Assembly (NCBI RefSeq): GCF_009914755.1
Contig: NC_060930.1
Strand: one strand, 5' to 3'
DNA: 64,000 bases
Source of the DNA: the human T2T-CHM13v2.0 reference genome, Homo sapiens
The notes under the pieces were generated by a model that worked only from the letters and a program-made list of their open reading frames with translations, did no database searches and was not told where the DNA came from. Positions 33,159 to 48,850 of this stretch are shown one piece after another. Both the position numbers and the translations under genes were made by a program. Each line of letters opens with the position of its first letter. Positions within the stretch are counted from its first letter, which is position 1.

Positions 33159-33242
33159 GTCCACGTTTCTCAAGAAAGAGCCAGTTCACTGTTAAGTTTG
33201 TCTCCCATTAGGTACCCTTTGGGACTCGCTTCGTACATATAA

Positions 33243-33605
<363 letters not shown>

Positions 33606-33741
33606 TGACCGTGGCTTAGGGAAGACACAATCCCCCGAGACCATGAGAAAGTGGTTCTGAGGCAGTCAGAATGCAACTGTTTTGTACATTTTAGGGAAGC
33701 AGAAGTTATAGGTAAAGTCATAAATAAATATGTGGAGGGTT

Positions 33742-34036
<295 letters not shown>

Positions 34037-34469
34037 TCAGGTAAATCAAAGAAAATGAACTGGAAAAAATAATTGCTCTTAATATCACTGTGAATACCTA
34101 GTGAGTGTTCTGTAGATGTGTTACAGTTAAATTGCCAGAAATATTCTAGTTATGTTTAAATCAATTTTTAAAATTGTGAGAAAACTCAGATACCTGGAAG
34201 GATTCAAAAGGCATCTGCACTGAGATTGCTTTTCCAGAGCCTTTGAATCCTCACACTTCTTTAAAGAAACCCAACCTGAAAAATACTTTCTAACATATGT
34301 GTGATTTATGCTAGGAATTTCCAATTTAGGATTCCATTCAATAAATTATCAAAACGTTAGCAAAGACATATACATGTTAATAGATTAAGTAAGAATAATA
34401 CATTCAAAGAGTGAAGCATATTTAAATAATTCCCAACTTTAACTTTAACTTTTGGTTGTCTATTGAAAC

Positions 34470-35082
34470 TGTAGAATCCAAAGGAAAACTTCCCCTTTGT
34501 CCTCTGAAGGTTTGGTGAAAAGTCAACTCACAAAAGGCAGATTAATAGGAGAAAAGGCATACAAATTTATTAATGTGCATGGGGGAGAATCAGTGATTAC
34601 TCCCTCCCCCTCCCCCCCACGCCCCATGCAATAGAATACAGATGATTACATACCCTTCTTCTCAGGGAAAAGGGAGTTGGGGAAGTGTGGATGATTTTAC
34701 AGGGGTATTAAGTGATTTTTAGGGGAATTCAATAGGCTTGAATAACATAACAGCCTAGGACAAAGTCTGTTTGGCCCACAGACCAGACAATGATTTGTGG
34801 CAAAGGTTTGTCTCCGTGTGTTGACAGACTTCAGTCTTCTTGCGATATGAGTTTTCAGTTAATGAAAACTCAGAGAAGAGACCAGAGGTAATTGTTTTCT
34901 TCTTTGGCAGGTCTATACTTTAGAGAGATAAGGGAATTTCAGAGAACAACTTCATTCTCTGCTTTCAGATAGAGAAATGAGAGAGAGGAATAGGGGGAAG
35001 GTCCGAAAGACCTTGAGTACTCTTCTTCAGTTCAGTATGTCAAAGCTCCATATTTTGGGGAATCGGTTTCTGAGCCCGAACA
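34470..35082 (-). mobile_element. MER34/MER39-type ERV1 LTR
   Basis: Minus strand starts TGTTCGGGCTCAGAAACCGATTCCCCAAAATATGG; TG...CA termini. Confidence 0.65.
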
Positions 35083-35145
35083 ATACAATCTCATTAGATG
35101 AAGCATCTATTCTTGATACAGGAGTATCATGTTAGAAACAAATTA

Positions 35146-35505
<360 letters not shown>

Positions 35506-35509
35506 TTAT

Positions 35510-35807
35510 GATTATTATTTTTGAGACAAGGTCTCACTCTGTTGCCCAGGCTGGAGTGCAGTGGCACAATCATGGCTCACTGCACCTTGGCTTCCCCAAG
35601 CTCAAACAATCCTCCCACCTCAGCCTCCTGGGTTGCTGGGACTACAGGCACAGGCCACCACCCTGGGCTAATCTTTGTATCTTTTTTGGTGGAGACAGTG
35701 TTTCACCATGTTGCCTAGGCTGTTCTCAAACTTCTGTGCTCAAGTGATCCTCCTGCCTTGGCCTTCCAAAATGTTGGAATTACAGGTGTGAGCCACTGTG
35801 CCCTGCC
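35510..35807 (-). mobile_element. AluJ-like
   Basis: Reverse-complement dimer with J diagnostics. Confidence 0.85.
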
Positions 35808-36236
35808 CCTATTTTTAATTTTTAATAGAACAAAACAGAATTTTGGGGTCGACACAATCTTTATATGTATGTACAGTCATTTTAGAAGAGATAAAATTCA
35901 CATTTTGGTCACAGAATACTTAGCAAAACAATATTTAAAAGTTCTTTATTGAGTTGTTTTACCCATACACTAATTGATTTTACTTTCCCCATGCACTTGG
36001 AGAACTCTAACCCACTGTTATAGCCTATTGTGTAAGCCAATATTGGAGGTGTTGATGACTATATCTTGTTTTTACAAGTCATGTGGAGTGCAGACTGGGT
36101 TTCATTTTTTTTCCCCCTATAGTGCCTAGGTCAATGGTGACCCTACAAAATAAGGTGAATATAATGTGTCAATGTAATATAATGTACATCTTTATGAAGG
36201 AAATAAAAAAAATGGATATAAAAACAAAAAAAAAGC

Positions 36237-36547
<311 letters not shown>

Positions 36548-36945
36548 AAGAAGCTTAAATTTAAATGAGACAGAAATAGCACAGAGGCATTTGGGCTTTT
36601 GGGAAAAAAGTAGAGGCCGTTCAATGCAATGGGTACATTCAAGCTATGACTTGGAGGTTCATGGTCATGGTTGGGTGGATTCTACCTAGGAGTGCTATGT
36701 TTGTTAGTAACTTCACACTTAAATCCAAATGTCACAGCTGATTATTATTAAGCAAGGGTTAAATTCTTTGAAAAGAAAAAAAAATCTAGTTTTCTGTCTT
36801 TAGGCTTGTGAGTACTGTGAAGTGTCTCAAAAAGACTAATTCCTACAAGAAATGGTTATGGGCTTGGATTTATTGTGAGACAATAAAAGAGTAACATTCG
36901 AATAAGTTTTGAGTCTCACATTTTGAATAAAGGCAGGCACACTAG

Positions 36946-37304
<359 letters not shown>

Positions 37305-37342
37305 AGGATTCTCTTTTTGGGTAGAGATTAGCTGTTTTTGAG

Positions 37343-37916
37343 TGAAGGGTGGCAAGACACACCACCCCAAAATATGCCACATTGACATAAAGAATATTTG
37401 AGTTGAGGGCAACTAAGAAGAAGCAGATACAAGAAAACTCTCTGCCCTCTCCCTATTTGCCTAAAAGCAGGACATAAATGTACGGAGGTGTCTCTCCTCC
37501 CCTCTCTACCAGAAAGGGCAAAAATTAATCACCAGAGACAACATCAGACTCTCATCAGCCTGGAGAGGGCACCAGAGCAATCTGCATAACAACTTTACTA
37601 ACCAGCCTTTATCTACCATTAATTTCGTATATATTTGCCTTCCCACAATTTGTCACTCCTAAAAACTCAAAATCCTTTTCCTTTGTCTTCTAATTTCTCT
37701 AAAAACTTATTGATCTTATTAAAGATGCTGTATATAAACTGGAGTTTTAAGTCACATTTTTTAGTTACTCATTTCTGGGTACACTCACATGAGACATGTG
37801 CTGTACCCATGTTAATAAACTTGTTTGTTTTTCTCTTCTTAATCTGTCTTTTGTCACAAGGGCTCTAGCTGAGAACTCAGAAGTGTAGAGGGAAAATATT
37901 TTTTTCCTCCCCTACA
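37343..37916 (+). mobile_element. MER34-family ERV1 solo LTR
   Basis: TG...CCCCTACA termini, AATAAA, 4-bp TSD TGAG. Confidence 0.7.
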
Positions 37917-38145
37917 TGAGGCTTCCAGGAAAACCAGGTTTTCCTGACAAAATTAACGACAAACTTTGACAAACTTTCTACTCTCTTAGGTATCTTCTTG
38001 GTTTTCCAATGTTTTTCTTTCATATCTTAAATCTGTTTACTATGTATGTCTTCATTTTAACTGTATGTATAAACATATTCTCTTTATTGATATTGTGATG
38101 ATGTTTGAAGTGTGAAATGAAGAACAGGCCTCAAAAAGAGTCTTC

Positions 38146-38447
<302 letters not shown>

Positions 38448-39159
38448 TTATATTTGATTTTTATTTTAGCTATTAATATATTCTAATAGCTGTTTAGAAG
38501 TTATATCAAAACATAAAACTCTAAGCATTTATTCAAATATATTAGAAATTTAAATGACATAAAAATTGTTAAGTACTTTATTTGGACTAGTGCAAATAGC
38601 ATAAATGTGAATTTAAATATATACAAAAAGTTAAGTAATTGAATATCAATAAAATATTAATAAACAGTAAATATAAATTTTCTATATGTGACTAGTGAGA
38701 TCTACTAAGCTAGTCTAGCCATTTTTCTCAATTATCTCCATTATTTCCTAAAGTATCCTGTGGAGTAACTCTGATTGCCTTTACTCTCATTAAAAAGATG
38801 AGGAAATTAAGACAAAAACAGCAAAAGTATCTGCAACGAAGCCACAATTTCAGTCTAGGTTTGTTTGATTGCAGAGGCTGAACTCACTATTCTCCAAAGT
38901 AAATATTTACATGGAAACACTAAAAAACAAAGAAATTACATTTTAAATTGTGTCAAGATTACACTTTCTTTAGAGTTAAAAGAATTCCACAGTGTATCCA
39001 TGCATGTAAAAAATATTAAATATATGAAAAGACGACTACTGCAATAGATAGGTATCATAAAGTTAATAGAATAATCTTCGGACTGTGATTTATAGATATT
39101 TTTTCAGTTTGCCTAATCTGAATTTCCTAAATTTTTAACTACGTACATGAATTTCTTTC

Positions 39160-40070
39160 TAGTTATTTGGACACCAACTGATGTACTTCAATTCAATTCA
39201 GGCACTGATTATTTGGAGTTAGCTGGACCTCACCAGTTAAAGGGCACATTTCCCAACAAGACTGTCCCAACTTCAGACGCCAGCTGCAAGTGGGGTTCCC
39301 AGGCCACTTGCTCTTCTGAGCAACTGGCTTCAAATCCAGGGATTCCCACTACCCCTTCATGTTCAATAATATGCTAGAATGACTCATAGAATATAGAAAG
39401 TGCTGTCCTTATGATTATAGTTTTATCATAAAGAATACAAATCAGGACCAGTCAGATGAAGAGACGCATAGGGCAAGGCTTGGAAGGGTCCTGAAAGCAA
39501 AGCTTCTGTGCCATCTCTATGTGGAACCAGGAGTCACCTCCCTAGGATATCTATGTGTTCACAAACCAATAAACTCCCTGACCTTGGTATCCAGAGCTTT
39601 TATGAGGGTTTTATTATATAGGCAGGATTGATTGAATCATTGACCATATGATTGAACTTGTTGGGGCACAGGGAAAGCTTCCCCTATGTACTCTGAAGCT
39701 TCACTGAAAATCACTGTCAAGAGGCAGATTAATAGAAGAAAAGGCATACACATTTATTTAACATGTACGCAGAAGCCTTCAGAATGAAGACCTAAAGATA
39801 CAGGGGAAATTGTCCATTTTTATGCTTAGGTTCAACAAAGTATGGACAGCTATGTAGAAATATGACTGGACATAATGTGTATGATCTAATGCTAAGAGAC
39901 TGAGTGGGGAAACCCAGCCAGGCCTGTCTAGATTCTTCTTGGGCGCTCTGTGTAGTATTTCTTTTGTATATGGGGCAGGGCCCTCTCTGGAACGGAGGTC
40001 CTACGACTTACAGTCAAACAAGGTAAGTCAAATAATTTCTTTGTGGCCAGTTTTTACACGAAAAAATAAA
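39160..40070 (-). mobile_element. MER21-like LTR fragment (~39160-39658) followed by a MER34/39-type LTR fragment (~39659-40070)
   Basis: GGACACCAACT...CAATTCAATTC is MER21-like; GGCAGATTAATAGAAGAAAAGGCATACA is shared with the LTR at 34470. Confidence 0.55.
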
Positions 40071-40084
40071 ATTTTTAGGTTTCT

Positions 40085-40090
40085 TATTGT

Positions 40091-40121
<31 letters not shown>

Positions 40122-40403
40122 GAGATGGAGTCTCACTCAGTTGTCTAGCCTGGAGTGCTGTGGTGTGATTTCGGCTCAATGTAAGCGCCGCTTCCCAGGT
40201 TCAAGAGATTCTCCTGCCTCACCCTCCTGAGTAGCTAATATTACAGGTATGTGACACCACGCCCAGTTAATTTTTGTATTTTTAGTAAAGACGGGGTTTC
40301 ACCATGTTGGCCAGGTTGGTCTCGAAGTCCTGACTTTAAGTGACCTGCCTGCCTCAGCCTCCCTAAGTGCTGGGATTACAGGCATGAGCCAGCGCGCCCG
40401 GCC
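40085..40403 (-). mobile_element. Alu
   Basis: Reverse-complement dimer. Confidence 0.88.
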
Positions 40404-41369
40404 TAAACAAGCTTATATTAAAGATGACAATTTATTACTTATAAACAAATCAATAAATCTTGCTGGGTAACTAGTTCATTAACTCAAGACTCAATCAACA
40501 AAACTAAAAGTAAATTCTGAATGTAACATAGAATTTAAAAACCATAATACTCAATGCTGGTAAACATACACAGCAGTTACTGCTGGCAAAAGTGAATGGA
40601 ATAAAACTTTTGAGGAAAATGTAGTAACAGTTATCAAAATACCTTAAAATCTGCATCCTTTGTGACAAAGCGCTTCAATTCTACATTTTCCTCAGGAAGT
40701 AAATTTTGTACAGTTCTCCTTTAAATTAGGAAAAGAAAATTAGCACATTATTGCTAAGTACTAGAAATACTGTGAAAGTGGACCTAGAAAATTCTTATGA
40801 TGGAATATTAAGCAGATATAAATTACTGCTTTTAAAATTTTTCCTAATGTGAATTTTCTAAGCTTTTAACCGTGAACATAGATTCCCTTTGGCAAACCAC
40901 CTTGATTAAATTATAGACAGAATAGAATTTTGGTAATAGTTCCGAGTATGTATAATGTTAAAGGTGGTACTTAATCCGCAGGGAAAAGATGAATTATTTA
41001 AAAAATCTGGTTGATTAATAAATTCCTAGGGAATTGGTTAACACTGTAGCAGGCAGAATTCAGGAGAAGAAATAATAAAGACATTAAAATCACTTTTGTA
41101 AACTTTTTAAATAAGGGAAATTGATTAAAACAACGCGAAGTTGTAAAATGCCATATACTGCATACATTTTGTGGGAAAAAATGTGCATTTATCTGCTCAC
41201 CAAATTATCTTATTAGCTAGCAGTAGAGCTCTTTGTGTGATGGGAAGATGGGATAACAGGCTGTTGTTACTGTACTGGTTTTTTTTTTTAATATATTTAA
41301 AAAAAAGAGTGTCTCCTAAAGTGTAAGCGCTATCATGCTGGACTAATGTTTTAATTTAATTTAATTGTT

Positions 41370-41494
41370 GTCTTGGTAGAGATGGGGTCTCGCTATTTTG
41401 CTCACGCAGATCTCAAACTCCTGACGCCCAGGTACACTCCCATCTCGGCCTCCTAAAATGGTGGGATCACAGACGTCAGCCACCGAGCCCGGTC
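41370..41494 (-). mobile_element. Alu monomer (FLAM-like)
   Basis: GTAGAGATGGGGTCTCGCTAT...GCCACCGAGCCCGG. Confidence 0.75.
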
Positions 41495-41659
41495 ACTTTT
41501 TTGTATTCCCCACAGTATTGATGTATATCTTCTGCGTTCAAAAGCAATTTTTTAAAGCCTCATAACGTGGTAACAGAATACTTTGCACATTACAAAATTC
41601 AGAACACGGAAACAAGAAGCTCGCTTTTTTTTCCCCCCTATTTCGGTTTGGCCCTTTAG

Positions 41660-42109
<450 letters not shown>

Positions 42110-42131
42110 GCGTCCTTTTCTACCAATAAAA

Positions 42132-42147
42132 GGCCCTTTTCAGGGCC
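42132..42147 (+). terminator. Histone 3' stem-loop (H4C11)
   Basis: GGCCCTTTTCAGGGCC. Confidence 0.95.
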
Positions 42148-42434
42148 ACCCTACTTTCTCAGCTGAAGAGTGGTAACACTGAGGAGTGGTTTTGGTAGGT
42201 ACGGAATTTTGCTTGGTTCTGAGTCAGTTCTGGGGGGAACAGTTTTTTGAACACAGCGGCACACGTGTGGCCATTCACCCGGGGTCACTGTAGGCAGGAC
42301 TAATTACGAGATGTAATGTCTAAACTTGCTCAAAATTCGTAAGCTTGTTTACGTAATGGAGAAAATACTCGTACACAGAATGTGCAGTACCAGAAACGTT
42401 TATGTAACCCCCGTAGTGAGCTTGACAGTGGTAA

Positions 42435-43220
<786 letters not shown>

Positions 43221-43494
43221 AATTCATAAATGGAATCTAGTGAGTAAAAGCTATTTTTTGTTTTCTTTTTGGTGAGGTTCAGTCACTTATTGTTATGATG
43301 ATGAAAATGATGGATGTGTCATTGGTGACATCAAAAGATCTGGAAGGACAATAATAGTCGCATTGATTCAGTTGAAGCAAAAGTACAAAACTCTGTAGTC
43401 CAAGTAATTACCACAAAGGAATTGTAATCATACTTTTTTTTTAATTTGAATTTTTGTTAAGGGAAAAAAATTGTATTTTACATGAAAAACAATT

Positions 43495-46185
43495 ATTTAT
43501 TTATTTATTTATTTATTTTATTGATCATTCTTGGGTGTTTCTCACAGAGGGGGATTTGGCAGGGTCATAGGACAATAGTGGAGGGAAGGTCAGCAGATAA
43601 ACAAGTGAACAAAGGTCTCTGGTTTTCCTAGGCAGAGGACCCTGCGGCCTTCCGCAGCGTTTGTGTCCCTGGGTACTTGAGATTGGGGAGTGGTGATAGG
43701 CGGTGATAGGTGAGATAGGCGGTTTTTCCCCATCTCAGTAGATGGAACGTACAATCGGGTTTTATACCGAGACATTCCATTGCCCAGGGACGGACAGGAG
43801 ACAGTTGCCTTGCTCTTGTCTCAACTGCAAGAGGCATGCCTTCCTCTTATACTAATCCTCCTCAGCACAGACCCTTTACAGGTGTCGGGCTGGGGGACGG
43901 TCAGGTCTTTCCCTTCCCAAGAGGCCATATTTCAGACTATCACATGGGGAGAAACCTTGGACAATACCTGGCTTTCCTAGGCAGAGGTCCCTGTGGCCTT
44001 CTGCAGTGTTTGTGTCCCTGGGTACTTGAGATTAGGGAGTGGTGATGACGCTTAAGGAGCATGCTGCCTTCAAGCATCTGTTTAACAAAGCACATCTTGC
44101 ACCGCCCTTAATCCATTTAACCCTGAGTTTGACACAGCACATGTTTCAGAGAGCACAGGGTTGGGGGTAAGGTCACAGATCAACAGGATCCCAAGGCAGA
44201 AGAACTTCTCTTAGTACAGAACAAAATGAAAAGTCTCCCATGTCTACCTCCTTCTACACAGACACGGCAACCATCCGATTTCTCAATCTTTTCCCCACCT
44301 TTCTCCCCTCTCTATTCCACAAAGCCGCCATTGTCATCCTGGCCCGTTCTCAATGAGCTGCTGGGCACACCTCCCAGACGGGGCCGTGGCCGGGCAGAGG
44401 CACCCCTCACGGCCCGGATGGGGCGGCTGGCCGGGCGGGGGGCTGACCCCCCCACCTCCCCCCCGGACGGGGCGGCCGGCCGGGCAGAGGGGCTCCTCAC
44501 TTCCCAGTAGGGGCGGCCGGGCAGAGGCGCCCCTCACCTCCCGGACGGGGCGTCTGGCCGGGCGGGGGGCTGACCCCCCCACCTCCCTCCCGGACGGGGC
44601 GGCTGGCCGGGTTGGGGGCTGACCCCCCCACCTCCCTCCCGGATGGGGCGGCTGGCCGGGCAGAGGGGCTCCTCACTTCCCAGTAGGGGCGGCCGGGCAG
44701 AGGCGCCCCTCACCTCCCGGACGGGGCGGCTGGCCGGGCGGGGGGCTGACCCCCCCACCTCCCTCCCGGACGGGACGGCTGGCCGGGCGGGGGGCTGACC
44801 CCCCCACCTCCCTCCCGGACGGGGCGGCTGGCCGGGCGGGGGGCTGATTCCCCCCACCTCCCTCCCGGACGGGGCGGCTGGCTGGGCAGAGGGGCTCCTC
44901 ACTTCCCAGTAGGGGCGGCCGGGCAGAGGCGACCCTCACCTCCCGGACGGGGCAGCTGGCCGGGCGGGGGGCTGACCCCCCCACCTCCCTCCCGGACTGG
45001 GCGGCTGGCCGGGCGGGGGGGCTGATCCCCCCACCTCCCTCCCGGACGGGGCGGCTGGCTGGGCAGAGGGGCTCCTCACTTCCCAGTAGGGGCGGCCGGG
45101 CAGAGGCGCCCCTCACCTCCCGGACGGGGCGTCTGGCCGGGCGGGGGGCTGACCCCCCCACCTCCCTCCCGGACGGGACGGCTGGCCGGGCGGGGGGCTG
45201 ACGCCCCCACCTCCCTCCCGGACGGGGCGGCTGGCCTGGCGGGGGGCTGACCCCCCCACCTCCCTCCAGGACGGGGTGGCTGCCGGGCGGAGACGCTCCT
45301 TACTTCCCAGACGGGGTGGCTGCCGGGTGGAGAGGCTCCTCACTTCTCAGACGGGGCGGCTGCCGGGCAGAGAGGCTCCTCACTTCTCATACGGGGCGGC
45401 TGCCCGGCGGAGGGTCTCCTCACTTCTCAGACGGGGCGGCCGGGCAGAGACGCTCCTCACCTCCCAGACGGGATGGCGGCCGGGCAGAGGCGCTCCTCAC
45501 ATCCCAGACAGGGCGGCGGGGCAGAGGCGCTCCCCACATCCCAGACGATGGGCGGCCGGGCAGAGACGCTCCTCACTTCCTAGATGTGATGGCGGCCGGG
45601 AAGAGGCGCTCCTCACTTCCCAGATGGGATGGCGGCCGGGCAGAGACGCTCCTCACTTTCCAGACTGGGCAGCCAGGCAGAGGGGCTCCTCACATCCCAG
45701 ACGATGGGCGGCCAGGCAGAGACGCTCCTCACTTCCCAGACGGGGTGGCGGCCGGGCAGAGGCTGCAATCTCGGCACTTTGGGAGGCCAAGGCAGGCGGC
45801 TGGGAGGTGGAGGTTGTAGCGAGCGGAGATCACGCCACTGCACTCCAGCCTGGGCGCCATTGAGCACTGAGTGAACCAGACTCCGTCTGCAATCCCGGCA
45901 CCTCGGGAGGCCGAGGCTGGCGGATCACTCGCGGTTAGGAGCTGGAGACCAGCCCGGCCAACACAGCGAAACCCCGTCTCCACCAAAAAAATACGAAAAC
46001 CAGTCAGGCGTGGCGGCGCGCGCCTGCAATTGCAGGCACTCCGCAGGCTGAGGCAGGAGAATCAGGCAGGGAGGTTGCAGTGAGCCGAGATGGCAGCAGT
46101 ATAGTCCAGCTTTGGCTCGGCATGAGAGGGAGACCGTGGAAAGAGAGGGAGAGGGAGACCATGGGGAGAGGGAGAGGGAGAGGGC
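43495..46185 (-). mobile_element. Full-length SVA retrotransposon (probably SVA_D-like) with an atypical, expanded SINE-R
   Basis: CCCTCT hexamers ~46125-46185, Alu-like region ~45760-46120, GC-rich VNTR ~44370-45760, SINE-R ~43515-44370, AATAAA + (TAAA)n tail; TSD GAAAAACAATT at 43484-43494 and 46186-46196. Confidence 0.95.
43717..44046 (-). mobile_element. HERV-K(HML-2) LTR5 U3 segment embedded in the SVA SINE-R
   Basis: Minus strand CCTAGGAAAGCCAGGTATTGTCCAAGGTTTCTCCCCATGTGATAGTCTGAAATATGGCC...GGTATAAAACCCGATTGTACGTTCCATCTACTGAGATGGGGAAAAACCGCCT matches recalled LTR5 sequence that lies in the SINE-R deletion. Confidence 0.85.
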
Positions 46186-46330
46186 GAAAAACAATTTTAA
46201 ATCCTCAAAAGTTGTCAGATCTGGAATTGCTAAGTGGGCCTAAATAAAATTTTTTGCATATAAATAATGTTTCTCTTTAAGATGTAAAAAATAATATATA
46301 TATTTTAACTATGTATGTCTATACATATAA

Positions 46331-46361
<31 letters not shown>

Positions 46362-46363
<2 letters not shown>

Positions 46364-46646
46364 TTTTTTTTGAGACAGAGCCTTAGTCTGTCACCCAGGC
46401 TGGAGAGCAGTGGCAGGATCTCGGCTCACTGCAACCTCTGCCTCCTGGGTTTTCGTGCCTCAGCCTCCCAAGTAGCTGAGATTATATACGCAGGCCACCA
46501 GGCCCAGCTAATTTTTGAGTATTTTTAGTAGAGAAATTGCCTCACCATGTTGTCCAGGCTGGTCTCAAAGTCCTGGCCTTAAGCAATCTGACTGCCTCAT
46601 CCTCCCCAAGTGCTAGGATTATGGGCATGAGCCATCGCACCAGGCC
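46362..46646 (-). mobile_element. Alu preceded by (TA)n
   Basis: Reverse-complement dimer; TA repeat ~46325-46361. Confidence 0.85.
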
Positions 46647-47148
46647 AAAAACACATTTTTAAAGTTAAGACTTAAATGTTGTTTTATAATTTTACACCAC
46701 CAAAGTGATGTGACACGGTGAAAAATTTAAAGCACAATCATAAGAAGCAGATTATTTGCAACCAAATCTGTAACAATAATATTCTACTTGTGGGATCTTG
46801 GGTTGAGGTGCATATGCTCTCTAAGCCTCGATTTATTTTTGTAAACAATTATGTGATGATGATAAAAATAGTTCCCAGCTCTAAGGGTTGTTGTAAGGAT
46901 TAAATGAGTAGGGCCGGGTGGCTCACGCCTGTAATCTCAGCTTTTGGGGAGGCAGAAGTGGGAGGACAGCTTGAGCCCAGGAGTTGGAGACCTGAAAAAA
47001 AAGACAAACAAGTGTAAATGAATTGGTAAATAAAAAACACTTAGAACACTGACAACAGTAAGTGCAGTGTGAAACACTTAGCATTACTTTTATGCCAAAT
47101 TCATAACCTGTAATTGCATCTGACCATCATCCCTGGGTAAGAGCAATC

Positions 47149-47451
47149 TTTTTTTTTGTTTTGTTTTGTTTTGTTTGGCGACACTCTGTCACCCAGGCTG
47201 GAGGGCAGAGGTGTGATCTCGGCTTACTGGAACCTCTGTGTCCCAGGTTTAAGCGATTCTCAGCCTCAGCCTCTCAAGTAACTGGGATTACAGGTGTGTG
47301 CCACCACGCCCGGCTAATTTTTTGTATTCCTAGTAGAGACGGGGTTTCAACACATAGGCCAGAATGGTCTCCAACTCCTGGCCTAAAGCTGTCTGCCAGC
47401 CTTGGCCTCCCAAAGTGCTGGGATTACAGGCATGAGCTACTGCATCGGGCC
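47149..47451 (-). mobile_element. Alu
   Basis: Reverse-complement dimer; AGAGCAA on both flanks. Confidence 0.85.
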
Positions 47452-48443
47452 CAGAGAGCAACCTTTTCTAACAGCCACATTTTAGTACTCTAGATTCAGC
47501 CAGGAGTTGTGTAATTAAACCTTTGTCTATTATGAAATCATAGGAAATACCTGTGTCAAGTGCATTTTTTCACACAATTTTTGCAAATGGAGACATCTTC
47601 ATTATTCCTATAGTATCATATGTTTTTAAAGTTTGTACTCACACTTTGGGTGATAAATGAAGGACAAGATCCTTCCCTATCCTTGTGAGGATGACTACAG
47701 CATGACTGGATGGGCTTGCTATGATTTTTATCTTTCCCTGTGTTCTCACTACCGTTTTATTAATCTCAGTTCTTTTTCACAGGGTAGCACAGAATTTAAC
47801 TAGCAGAAAGAGATCCAGCCATGTAGACCAGAGATTTGTCTAAGTGACGGCATGTAAGAATCAGGAAGGAAAGTTTTTTGTTTAAATACCAACAGGTTCC
47901 TTCCTTAAAGCAATTATTATTTTTCAAATCTAACCCACAAGGTGATAGTATCCTTAAACCAATTAAATCAGAATCTCGGGTTGGATAACCTCAAATATGA
48001 CTTATTAGCACTTCCCATTAATCACTGGTCCTTCAGGCCTTTAAGTTTACTTACTAGGAATCTCACTTTTAATACCATCTTATCAACTTCAGTTGTAAAT
48101 AAGAGAACACTCAAAGGCTGAGGAATTCTCAGCGGTAAAGCTCTGCCCACGTTAAGTAACAAAGGATAAGTTAGTCTTTGTTGTGATCACTTTGTTGTAC
48201 TGATAAGCTACGTATTTCTACTCAAGGATTCAAATTCTCACCTTTCTCAAGAATTGGGCCAAAACCGATAAACTAAACTTATTTACGGTCCACTGATTAA
48301 AGGTTGTTGCATAATAAGTTCTTGCTATGTTCAGCAGTTGGATTCACAGCGCCAGAAACCTATAACTGCTTGACTTTCCTCCCCACTACACTGCGAAAAT
48401 TGCCCCTTAAATGTAACTAACCCTAAAACCTCAACAGTATCGT

Positions 48444-48661
48444 GGCCAGGCGTGGTGGCTCACTACTGTAATACCAACATTAGGCATAGGCGAGGGGATT
48501 GAGGCCAGGATATCGAAACTAGCCTGGGAAACACACGGAGACCCGGTCTTTGGAAAAATAATTAGCCTTGCGTGGTGGTGGGCGCGAGGTTCCGGCTAAT
48601 CGGGAGGCTACAGTGAGCCATGATGACACTGCACTACAGTCTGCGCGACGGCCCATGTCAG
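48444..48661 (+). mobile_element. Highly diverged, internally deleted AluJ-like element
   Basis: GGCCAGGCGTGGTGGCTCAC...CAGTGAGCCATGAT. Confidence 0.7.
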
Positions 48662-48850
48662 TAAGCTCTGGAGCACCTGAAACAAGTTGTGTTGGGTATT
48701 TTATTTACTGGAGAGCGATTAGTGACTGATGCCTACTTACAGCGACTAGAGACGCATGCTCCGATAGCAGCACAAACTCAGCAGGCGCGAACAAATGGTA
48801 AAGAGAAACTGGGCAAACAAGCATCACGGCTCCTCAGCTGAGAAAGTGGG

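Noticed and set aside
44370-45760. Tandem 35-50 bp repeats superficially like a CRISPR array
   Set aside because: SVA VNTR in human DNA; no unique spacers or cas genes
44226-46194. Many long GC-rich ORFs (up to 195 aa) on both strands
   Set aside because: By-products of the stop-poor SVA VNTR and Alu-like region; repetitive peptides, no protein family resemblance
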